The notes beneath the pieces were generated by a model that saw only the letters and a list, made by a program, of their open reading frames with translations, made no database searches and was not told where the DNA came from. A stretch of DNA of 64,000 nt. Source: Squalus acanthias. Taxonomy: Eukaryota. The stretch is from the NCBI GenBank assembly GCA_030390025.1, contig CM059431.1:152026001-152090000 (forward strand). Direction: 5' to 3'. Positions 12,206 through 22,819 of the stretch are shown here, piece by piece (the stretch's first letter is position 1; the number at the start of each line of letters is the position of its first letter). A program made the position numbers and the translations under genes.

Positions 12206-13914
12206 CATTACTGGTAGTGACCTTCCTGTAACAATTCTGGTGGTGACCCGACTCTAACATTACTGGTGGTGATCCTACTCTAACGTTACAGATGGTGACA
12301 CTACTATAACAATATTGTGGTGTCCCTACACTATCATTACTGGTGATGACCCTACTGCAACATTAATGGTGGTGACTCTACTCTATCATTACTGGCGGTG
12401 ACCGTCCTCTAACATTATTGGTGGCAACTCTACTCTAACGTTACTGCGGATGACACGACAATATCATTTTTGATGATGACCGTGTTCCAACCTTACTGGT
12501 GGAGAGCTTTCTCTAGTTTTATTTTATGTGATTCTACTGTAATGTTTTTCTGGAGATAATACTTCTCTATTATTACTGGGGGTACCCGTATTCTAATAAT
12601 ATGTGTGGTGACTTTACGCTGCATCTACGTCTGGTGATCGAGTTCCACCATTATTGATGGTGATTTTGCTATCACATTAATTTTGCCAGGGCTTGAGGTT
12701 TGACTGGGCTTACTTCTATTATTATTTCTATGTTTCTAATCTATCGCTTCATCCCTCAGCTCAGAGTTTACCCATCTATAAATATGCTAGCTCTTTTCTG
12801 ACATCTTTGAACAGCCTAACGTTACCTGTATTAAAGCTTTATGTTTTTATCAACTTGAGTTCTGCCATATTTTCAGAATGAATTCCGTTTCCGCAGTTAT
12901 CTTTAAAAAAATGTTCCATATCGTCCTCTGGTGCGGCTTGATTCTCACTTCCACCATCAGTTGTATTATAAACCCAAGGAGAATATTATATAAATAAACC
13001 ATGCCTTCATCTTCCTCAATCATATCGGCAGCATCACTGCCCAGCAATCCTATCCGTTCTCTCACGGTATGTGGAGCGAAACTTCCACATTCGATGGGGT
13101 TGTAAAAGTGGCGGTAGAGGATCGTCCGCCAATTACACAACACGCCCGATTTTACATCGTGATCGTCCAAAGCCATTTTCTGTTCCTTCTGCAGTTGAAA
13201 AGTATAAAATCCTCTCACTGGGGATAATTCTAGCTTTAGGCGATTATGTAAAATGGCCGAAATAGAAATGGTCACCTATATCACGCCCCGCCCAATTTTC
13301 CCACTTCACTCAATTGTAAGCGAAGTAAAATCGACCTTGGTGTATAACGAGCGGCCAATTCTATATCGTTCATGTTGACCACCGCTTAAATTTAAAATCA
13401 CCCCACTATTTAAATCAAACTTTAGAACAACAGCAGTGATGCCAATGACTATTGCAGGTGAATCAATTCTCCATTTATTAATCTTAACACTCCATTACCT
13501 TGTACACCTTTACCAAGTGCTTCATTGCTACCAAATTGATACAATTCCCTGCATGGATTGAGCGTTTTTTTGATTTTTAGGGTTTGGTTTTTAGATCGAT
13601 ATTGATTAGAAATAAACTATTCACTGTTTCTTGTGTAATCAAAATGTCAGTTTTGAAATACAACATGATTAATTATATTAAAATAAAACACCACCGTTTA
13701 CTGATGGCGTGCATTGTCAGCTTGGCAGTTTATTAAAATTCATTCATTAGATAATTTGCCTAGTATTTATAATGGGTTTGTAATAAAATTGCAAAACCTC
13801 GTGACTAGCAATAGGAACACAAAATAAAAAAAATGCTGTTGTTATAAATCTGAAGCAAAACCAGAAAATGTTGCAAACATTCATCATCTGTGGATAAAAC
13901 AGACACAGCAACAA

Positions 13915-14145
13915 ATACAAATGAAATTTCTACATCGACCTTTTAGTCGTAAAACGTCCCAAGGCGTTTCACAGATGCGTTATCAGCCAAGAATTTGACA
14001 CCGAGCCACATAAGGACACATTACCAAAAGCCTGAACAAAAATGTCCGTCTGTCTGTCTCGCTCCTTCTCTCTGCTGCTCCCTGCAGTGGGACTTGAACC
14101 AACCAACTTCTGACTCAGAGGCGAAAATCTTACCAACTGAAAGTA
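13915..14145 (-). mobile_element. Old L2/SINE fragments (L2-like 3' tail and a tRNA-derived SINE head); paralog at ~52275-52490
   Basis: AAAACGTCCCAAGGCGTTTCACAG tail; minus-strand B-box-like GGTTCAAGTCCCA. Confidence 0.45.
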
Positions 14146-14793
14146 AACCTCCTCTGTACCCTCTCTGAGGCATTGGCATCCTTGCTAAAGTGTGACGTCC
14201 AGAATTAAACACAATACAACAGCTCTGGCCAAATCAGTGTTTTAAGATGGTTTAGCATTATCATACAGTCATAGAGTCATAGGGGTAAAAATTCACTTGG
14301 TTGCGCCTCCCGTTAGCGCCTTAAGAGGGCGCTAATGGGGCGTTAAGCCGCTAACGCCCGGGCGCAGCGCTGTTTGCGCCGCTCGAGAACTTAACTTGAG
14401 ATTGTGCGGCGGCGCTAAAACTTACCGCTGCGACCACCTGCGCGCGCAGATTGTGACGTCATTCCATGGTGCCACGCCCTTGGGCCGCCCCAGAGCAGAA
14501 ATTGAGTGGCGCCCCCTGCCTTACCGCCTGGCGCTTCCAACAACCGGAAGACTGGAACGTTATCAATCGGTGTGGGGCTGGGGGGGGGCGCATTTAAAGG
14601 GGGCCTCTTCCTGTCTTTTTCTGTGGTCGACATTTATGCACCACTCGTTCTGAGAGAGAGAGAGAGATTCGGAGAGAGAGAGAGAGAGACTTCTACATTG
14701 ACTCAACGCTTTGTGAGGTAGTTTTGCCTAGTTCATCCTAACTTTGTTGCTACTTTAGTTGCTGTACCTCATTACTTTTCTGGCAAAGAGAAT

Positions 14794-15954
14794 ATGGGGG
14801 CTGCAATGATTGGGGGCGTCGTCCTGCTCCAGCTGAATCGGAGGATAGTGAGACGCAGACAGAGAGTGGCAATGATGGCCAGACGGAGGAGGGCCATCAG
14901 GCGCATGTACAGGAGAGCTTACCCTCCCAGGGTATATCGTGAACAGCTCTCCTACATCCATATGTCCGAGGAGCTGTGTTTGCGAAGGCTGCGATTCAGC
15001 AAGGAGGTGGTCACTGAGCTCTGCCACCTGCTGCAGCCAGATCTGCAGCCTCAGCTGAGGTCCAGGACGTCTCTGTCGGTGGCAGTGAAGGTCACAGTGG
15101 CTTTGAACTTCTACGCCACTGGCTCATTCCAAGCTGCTGTTGGGGACCTCGCCAATATCTCCCAGTTTGCGGTGCATCGCTGCATCCGGCAGGTCACCAA
15201 TGCCCTCTTCAGAAGGAGACGAGACTTCATCTCTTTCCCTAAGACCCCAGACAAGCAGCGTGACCGTGCTCTGGGCTTTGCGAGGGTAGCGGGCTTCCCC
15301 ATGGTGCAGGGCGCCATTGACTGCACGCATGTGGCTTTGCGTGCTCCGCGAGAGAATGCAGAGGAATTCAGGAACAGGAGGGGGTTCCATTCCTTGAATG
15401 TGCAGTTGGTCTGTGACCACAGACAGGTGATACTCGCTGTCAATGCCCACTATCCGGGCAGCTGCCACGATGCTTTCATCCTGCGCCAGACTACTGTGGC
15501 AGAAGTTTTCGAGGCACCGCATCAGCCAGTTGGTTGGCTTCTGGGGGACAAGGGGTACGCATTGAGCACCTGGCTGATGACACCGCTCCGTACGCCAAAC
15601 ACCCCTGCTGAGCTGCGGTACAATGAAAGCCATCAAGCAACCAGGAACATTATTGAACGCACAATCGGCGTGCTGAAACAACGGTTCCGCTGTCTGGACC
15701 ATTCCGGAGGAGCCCTGCAGTACTCGCCTGAGCAAGTTTCGAACTTCGTAGTCGTGTGCTGCATGTTGCACAACATGGCAATCCTCAGGACCCAGCCAAT
15801 GCCACCAGGCCTTGTAGCACCACCAGAGGAGGAGGAGGAAGAGGAGGAAGAGGACGAGGACGATGATCATCAGCAGCACCAAGGCAGGAGGGCGGCCCAC
15901 AATGGTCAAACTGCAAGGGCCGTCCGTCAACGACTAATAGCAAGCCGGTTCTAG
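14794..15954 (+). CDS. Harbinger (HARBI1-like) DDE transposase, intact, 386 aa
   Basis: Catalytic triad GAIDCTH, LGDKGY, RNIIERTIG; HTH region LRFSKE...ALNFYATGSFQ; acidic tail. Confidence 0.93.
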   Translation: MGAAMIGGVVLLQLNRRIVRRRQRVAMMARRRRAIRRMYRRAYPPRVYREQLSYIHMSEELCLRRLRFSKEVVTELCHLLQPDLQPQLRSRTSLSVAVKVTVALNFYATGSFQAAVGDLANISQFAVHRCIRQVTNALFRRRRDFISFPKTPDKQRDRALGFARVAGFPMVQGAIDCTHVALRAPRENAEEFRNRRGFHSLNVQLVCDHRQVILAVNAHYPGSCHDAFILRQTTVAEVFEAPHQPVGWLLGDKGYALSTWLMTPLRTPNTPAELRYNESHQATRNIIERTIGVLKQRFRCLDHSGGALQYSPEQVSNFVVVCCMLHNMAILRTQPMPPGLVAPPEEEEEEEEEDEDDDHQQHQGRRAAHNGQTARAVRQRLIASRF

Positions 15955-16248
15955 GGCCCCTGCCATTGCTACAAACACTAATCAACCCAGCACGCAACCC
16001 CTAAGCCGGCCAAGGCACCAATAATTCCAACCACCAGCCATGTATATTTTGAATACAGAAACTTATTTATTTTACAAACTCTGTGTGTGTCAATTCCTCA
16101 TGACAAACTCATAGAAATAAACAAAAAAAAACAGTCAATAACATAACTGGTTCTCACAACCTGGAGATAATGTCCAAAACACTAAACAAAAGTTGGACCA
16201 TGAACCTCGGCCTTTAATAAAAAAATGACCAGCATTTTGGCACACCTC

Positions 16249-18138
16249 CTACTTTTTGCCTTTCGAGGGTGATCTCCTTCCCTTGCGCACTTCCCCCCTT
16301 CCAACCCTACTGCTCCTCCGTAATGGGACCTCAGTGGCTGCAGCAAGGCTGGTGGAAGGCTGCTGCTCGGCAGACCCTGACACTGCAGATGCCCCTGAAG
16401 GACGGCCTCGACCACTTCTGGGCCTGGAGGGCCCGTCTGCAGACTGCACCAACTCTGCATGGGCGGCAGCAGTCTGTCCTACAGGCGGTGGCAAGTGCAG
16501 TGGAGAATTGACAGTGTTGGCAGCAGGAATGCTGTCATCGTGAGAGAGGACAGCAACTCCCTGCTCGCCCGACACACTGGCACTCCCAAGGGGCAGCACT
16601 TCAGCATCCGGAGCAATTTGCCGGAGAACAGATTGCTGGCCTGCTGCGGCGCGGTGACAGCCCCGGGGACATGTGCACGAACCATCGAGGATGGCAGCAG
16701 TCAGTGCTCGCGTGGCCTCAATCTGAGTCTGCATGAGAGCAGTCTCAGATGGGTTCCTGGCAGCCAGTGACTGAATTGCAGCACTAAGCTTTAGTGTGGC
16801 ATCCGCCTGTGCTACAGCGAAGTGCTCCACACTCCTTGCCAGTGCTTCAATGCATTCGGGCACCCTTCCCACTGCACCCATGAGCTCAGTGTGCATGCCC
16901 ACCGCCTGCCTGTTCATTTCTGCAATCAGCCGCTCCTCCTCTGCGTCCATTGCAGTAGGAGTGTCTGGCATACTCTCCCTCTGGGGAGAAGGCCCCCGTT
17001 CTTCCCTACCCCCCCCCCCCCCCCCCCCCATGGCGTTGCTGCAGCCCGCTGGCTCCTGGAGCTTCACCATCATCAGCCCCTTCCCCCCTGCTCCCCTCCG
17101 TGGAAGGCGTGTTCCCAGTGTGGGCATGGGCTTCCTCGGGAGAGGGTGGCACTGATGCTCCGGCTTCCTCTTCCTCCTCACCTGCAGCATCACTCCCAGT
17201 GGCAGCTTCAGGGCCCGTCTCCTCAGCTGGTGAATCACCATCTGAAAGCAGGGAGGTACAAGAGTGGCTTTAGCGTGAGGACAGGGTGGCAGTAAGGGAG
17301 GAATAAGTGCAGCGAGTTAGCAAGTTGGATTGAAAGTGTCAAAGGCTGGTATTGTGAGGGACAAGTGGAAGGACAGAGGACAAAAAGGTGATGACCTTAA
17401 CATTGCTGTCCACAACGGGGTCGGCGTCTCCAGTGGCGATGGGACCGATCACCCGACTTGCCACAATCCTGTGGACGCGCTCCTCCAGATCGCTGAGGGG
17501 TTGCAGCTGAAGCCGCCCTCCACCCGTCCGTTGCTGCTGTCTCCGATTATGAGCCAGCTTAGCCTGCAAGAAAAAGGACAGCATCTGAGTAAATATACAG
17601 CCATGGTCTTGCCTGATGTGCCTCCCATAGGTGAATAGCCCATACTGTATGCAGCCATGGTCTTGCCTGATGTGCCTCCCATAGGTGAATAGCCCTTACA
17701 ATATACAGCCATGGTCTTGCCTGATGTGCCTCCCATAGGTGAATAGCCCTTACTGTATGCAAAGTGTGGAATGTGTGTGTGTGTTTGATGAAAGGGCCAT
17801 AGGTGTTGGATGAGTGTTGTGCATTGGGGTTTTAAGACCCTCTGGCCATAGAGTGAGGTTGAGATGGAGGGATGGAGAGGTATTGAGAAAAAGCCTCTCA
17901 CCCTGACGACCCGAGTGAGGTCGTTGAACTTTTTGCGGCATTGAACATGGGTCCTGGGCACCATGCTCCTGGAGGAGACGCTCTGAGCCACCTCCCTCCA
18001 CACTCTTCTGAACTCGCGTGGCAAAGGCCTCCTGCCACTCTCCGGGAACAGCATGCATCATCTGCGCTCCACTGCGTCAACCAGAGTATCCAAGGCCCGC
18101 TCGGTGAAGCGATGTGCGCGTTCTCTCACCCTCTCCAT
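16249..18138 (-). pseudogene. Harbinger Myb/SANT-like DNA-binding gene, disrupted; exons 17902-18138, 17401-17563, 16249-17241
   Basis: Reads MERVRERAHRFTERALD...QCRKKFNDL. In-frame TGA at 18058-18060, intron-2 donor GT>TT at 17399-17400, and a frameshift at the homopolymer at ~17008-17029. Confidence 0.85.
17598..17759. repeat. 54-bp tandem repeat (3 copies) in Myb intron 1
   Basis: CAGCCATGGTCTTGCCTGATGTGCCTCCCATAGGTGAATAGCCC... starts at 17598, 17652 and 17706. Confidence 0.95.
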
Positions 18139-20700
18139 GCTTGGCAGCAAAATGGATTACAGGTCTCTCCAGGCTGAGATTCAAGGCTGCAATGAGCAGG
18201 GTGTGGCTGGGGAGCATGTGCCCCCCCCCCCGCTTTAAGAAGTGGCCGGCGCCAGTATGTCTGTGTTCCCTCGCTAACTGGCAGCAGCTGCGCTGCGCTC
18301 GTGCGCTGAGTTAGCGCCTCACTCCTTGGCCTTTGCGCCTTAAGAGAGGTGTGCAGCGCCTAATTTAGCGCTCCACTCACCTCCCGGGGCGGTAAAAGTG
18401 AAGTTTCCCGTCAGTGCCGATAATTAGCGCCAGGCGCTAATATTTGCGTCCGGACGATATTTGCGCCCCAAATGGGGTGCGACCTAATTTCTACCCCATA
18501 GAGTTATACAGCACAGAAAGAGGCCGTTTGGCCCATCGTGTCCGCGCCGACAATCAAGCCCTATCTGTTCTAATCCCATTTTCCAGAACGTGGTCCGTAG
18601 CCTTGTATGCTATGTAGTTTCAAGCGCTCATCTAAATGCTTCTTGAATGTTGTGAGGGTTCCTGCCTCTACCACATTTTCAGGCAGTGAGTTCCAGATTC
18701 CAAACACCCTCTGGGTGAAAAAGTTTTTCCTCAAATCCCCTCTAAATCTTCTCTCCCTTACCTTGCCCCTGGCTATTGATCTCTCAACTGAGGGGAACAG
18801 TTCATTTCTATCTACCCTATCTATGCCCCTCATAATTCTGTACACGTCAATCAGCCCCCCCCCCCCCCCCGCTCAGCTTTCTCTGCTCTAAGGAAAACAA
18901 CCCCAGCCTGTCCATTCTCTCTTCATAGCTGAAGCGCGCTAGCCCAGGTAACATCCTGGTGAATCTCCTCTGCACCCTCTCCAATGCAATCACATCCCTC
19001 CTATAGAGTGGTGACCAGAACTGCACATAATATTCCAGCTGTGGCCTAATTAGCGTTTTGTACAGCTCCATCATAATCTCACTGCTCTTATATTCTATGC
19101 CTCGGCTAATGAAGGCAAGTATCCCATATGCCTTTTAACCACCTTATCTACCTGTCCTGCTGCCTTCAGAGATCTATGTACATGCACACCAAGGACCCTC
19201 TAATCCTCTGTCCTTCCTACGATCCTACCATTCATTGTGTATTCCCTTGCCTTGTTTGTCCTCCCAAAATGCATCACCTCTCACTTTACAGGGTTAAATC
19301 CCTTTTGACACTGTTCTGCCCATCTAACCATTCAGGCTATATCGTCCTGTAGCCTGAGGCTTCCCTCCTCGCTATTTACCACTCCACCAATTTTCGTGTC
19401 ATCTGCGAACTTACTGAGCATACCTCCGACATTCATATCAAAATAATTAATATACACTACGAACAGCAAAGGACCCAGCACCGATCCCTGCGGTACACCA
19501 CTGGACACAGGCTTCCAATCACAAAAACAACCTTCGATCATCACTCTCTGCCTCCTGCCACTAAGACATTTTTGGATCCAATGTGCCAAATTGCCCTGGA
19601 TCCCATGGGCCCTTACCTACCTTAGCAGTCTCCCATGCAGAACTTTGTCAAAAGCCATACTGAAGCCAATATAGACTACATCAACTGCACTACCCTCATC
19701 CACACACCTAGTCACCCTCATCGACACACCAATCACCCACTCGAAAAATTCAATCAATTTGGTCAGACATGATCTACCCCTGACAAAGCCACGCTGACTA
19801 TCCCTGATTAATCCCTGACTCTCCAAGTGGAGACTGATTCTGTCCCTCAGAATTTTTTCCAATAATTTCCCTACCACTGATGTTAGGCTCATTGGCCAGT
19901 AATTCACTGCTTTATCAGTACTACCCTTCTTGAACAATGGCACTAAGATAGCTGGTCTGCAATCCTCTGGCACCTCCTCAACAGTCTCTCATCATAGAGA
20001 GAAGATCTTCACCCCTTGTGTCAGTGATGCATTTAGCCCAGGTCCCAGATTTGAAAAATATATTTTGCTATTTTTGAGATTGGGTGCTTATACAAATGTT
20101 AAATAAATATTCTTCTTGCAACTTTATAGAGTGCTCTTTGCACACCCCACTAAAGATAATTAGCAAACTCTGAAAAGCTTTTGCCTGCACACAGTAAGCA
20201 TATCCGCTGGGGTTTGATGGTCATTTTCACAACCGAACTGCACTCTGAGTAAAGCAGCAAAACCTCCAGCATTTCTGCTGATTAAATATTGTCAGCTGAC
20301 GAATCAGCAGAGGAAAACGAGAAAACCTGGGATGGTGCTTCAAGATTGAGATAATATGATAATATTAACCTCAATCTGCAAGACTGTGCTAACATTAAAT
20401 CAGTTCACTATTTGAAGGTTAAGAGTATTCTGGAGATTTGCAGCATTGTCTCAATGGGGTAGGTTTACAATTAGAATTAGACCCTTAGACTGATTTTTGA
20501 TAATGCTGAAAAGTTTATGAAAGCTAATGCGATACCCAGTTCTAAAAAGGGAATACGTGTCCAATTCGGGTTCAGTCGATGCAAAGGCAGACTGACTCAA
20601 TACCTTAAAAACAAATATTTATACAGAGGGTCGACAACAAAAATAGAATATAGGAAAGCTACGATAGAATAATAGAGACACAAACAAAGACATATAGGAC

Positions 20701-22728
20701 AGTGGTGTCGCAATATTAATCAAGGAGACAATTACTGGTGTTAGGAGGGATGATATGTTAGCAGGTTTCCTCTAATGAGGCCATATGGGTGGAACTTAAA
20801 AACAAAAAGGTGCAAGCACTTTGCTGGGAGTGTACTATAGGCCCCCAAACAGTCAGGGGGAGATAGAGGAACAGATATGTAGGCAAATCTCATAGAAATG
20901 TGGAAATAATAGGGTAATAATAAGGAGATTTCAACTTCCCCAATATTAACTGGGATAGTCAGAGTGTGAAAGGCTTAGAGGCTGCGGAATTCTAAAAGTG
21001 CATTCAGGAGAGCTTCTTGAGCCAGCATGTAGAAATTCCTACAAGAGAGTGGGCGGTACTGGACATAATTCTAGGGAATGTAGCTGGGCAAGTGGTAGAA
21101 GTGTTAGGAGGAGAGCATTTTGGTGACAGTGACCATAATTTGGTGAGAATTAAGGTAGACATGGAAAAGGACAAAGATCGACCGGAGATAAAGGTCCTAA
21201 ATTGGGGGAAGGCCGATTTTAATACGATAAGGCAGGATCTGGCCAAAGTGGACTGGGATTAGCTACTTGTAGGAAAATCCACATCAGAGCAGTGGGAGTC
21301 TTTCAGAAAGGAATAGAGAGAGTACAACGGCAACATGTTCCCATAAAGGTCGAGGGTGGGACCAACAAGCCCAGGGAACCCTGGATGTCAAGGGATATAC
21401 GAGAATGGATTCGGAAAAAAGGGAAGCTTTTGGCAGATACAAAGGACTAAAAACAGTTGGCGCTCTAGAGGAGTATAGAAAGTGTAGATTGGTACTTAAT
21501 AAATAAATTAGGAGAGCGATGAGGCAGGCAAAATAAAGGAAATCCCAAGGTATTTCATAAGTATATAAAGGGCAACAGGTTAACCAGGGAAAGAGTAGGC
21601 CCCATTAGGGACCAAAGTGGCAATCTGTGTGTAGAGCCAGAAGATGTAGGTGGGGTTTTAAATGAATATTTTGCATCTCTGTTCACTACGGAGAAGGACG
21701 ATATAGGCATAGAAGTCAGGCAGGGGGGTTGTGATATACTTGAATCAATTAGTATTGAGAGGGAGGGTGTACTAGCTGTTTTAGCGGCCTTGAAAGTGAA
21801 TGAATCCCCAGGCCCAGACGAGATGTATCCCAGGCTGCTTTGTGAGGCAAGGGATGAGATTGCAGGGCCTCAGACACACATTTTCAGATCATCTCTGGCC
21901 ACAGGGAAGGTGCCAATGGAATTTAACCCTGAAAAGTGTGAGTTGATGCATTTTGGGAGGACTAACAAGGCAAAGCCATAAACAATGAATGGTAGGACCC
22001 TAGGAAGGACAGAGGATCAGAGGGACTTTGGTGTGCATGTACATAGATCCCTGAAGGCAGCAGGACAGGTAGATGAGGTGGTTAAAAAGACACATGGGAT
22101 ACTTGCCTTCATTAGCCGAGCCATAGAATATAAGTGCAGAAAGTTTATGATGGAGCTGTACAAAACGCTATTTAGGACACAGCTGGAATACTGTGTGCAG
22201 TTCTGGTCGCCACACGATAGGAAATATATGATTGCGTTGGAGGTGTGCAGAGGAGATTCAACACGATATTACCTGGGCTGCAGAGCTTCAGCTATGAAGA
22301 GAGACTGTACAGGCTGGGGTTGTTTTCCTTGGAGCATAGAAGGCTGAGTGGGGACCTGATTGAGGTGTACTAAATTATGAGGGGCATAAATAGTTTAGAT
22401 AGAAAGGAACTTTTCCCCTTAGTAGAGGGGTCAATAACCAGTGGACATATTTTCAGGGTAAGTGGCAGGAGGTTTAGAGGGGATTTGAGGAAAAACTTTT
22501 TCACCCAGAGTGTGGTTGGAATCTGGAACTCACTGCCGGAAAGGTGGTAGAGGCAGGAACCCTCAAAAATTCAAGACGCATTTAGATGAGCACTTGAAAG
22601 GCCATAGCATACAAGGCTACGGACCAAGTGCTGGAAAATGGAATTAGAATAGACATGGCTTGATGGCCGGTGCGGACTCGATGGGCCGAAGGGCCTCTTT
22701 CTGTTCTGTATAACTCTATGACTCTATA
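20701..22728 (+). mobile_element. CR1 LINE, internally deleted, specific to unit A
   Basis: EN and RT peptides and a CTCTATGA-type tail; absent at the paralogous site (~54237). Confidence 0.8.
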
Positions 22729-22819
22729 ACAATCAAAAAGGGTATTTTATAGGCATATTACTAATTAGAGGACAATCGATTTAATATTTTATATTAATGA
22801 CCTTCTCTTGCGTGTACAG

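Larger units (their letters stand above)
6917..12680. repeat. 26-bp minisatellite array A (consensus ACTCTAACATTACTGGTGGTGACCCT), interrupted by a LINE and a Penelope-derived hairpin
   Basis: Over a hundred degenerate head-to-tail units are visible in the sequence. Confidence 0.95.
14282..18497 (+). mobile_element. PIF/Harbinger DNA transposon, full-length copy 1
   Basis: TIRs GGGGTAAAAATT / AATTTCTACCCC; 3-bp TSD ATA; convergent transposase and Myb genes. Confidence 0.95.
14262..19978 (-). mobile_element. CR1 LINE 3' part, specific to unit A, with Harbinger-1 nested in its 3' tail
   Basis: RT peptides at 18570-19973; ATAGAGTC-type tail at 14262-14281 continues at 18498. The paralogous site at ~52605 is empty. 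Confidence 0.85.

Noticed and set aside
6917..12680. CRISPR array or mucin-like coding repeat
   Set aside because: Units are contiguous degenerate 26-mers with no unique spacers and no cas genes. The period is not a multiple of three and stops are frequent.
12878..12997. 39-aa plus-strand ORF with a hydrophobic, signal-like stretch (MNSVSAVIFKKMFHIVLWCGLIL...)
   Set aside because: Short, frameshifted in unit B, and without other support. A decayed exon cannot be excluded.
12850..13275. 141-aa minus-strand ORF as a novel gene
   Set aside because: The paralog (51217-51767) is frameshifted relative to it, I recognise no domain, and it overlaps short palindromic repeat-like relics.
14794..15954. 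Domesticated host gene HARBI1
   Set aside because: It is flanked by TIRs and a TSD, has a second copy nearby, and is absent from the paralogous unit, so it is a transposon gene.
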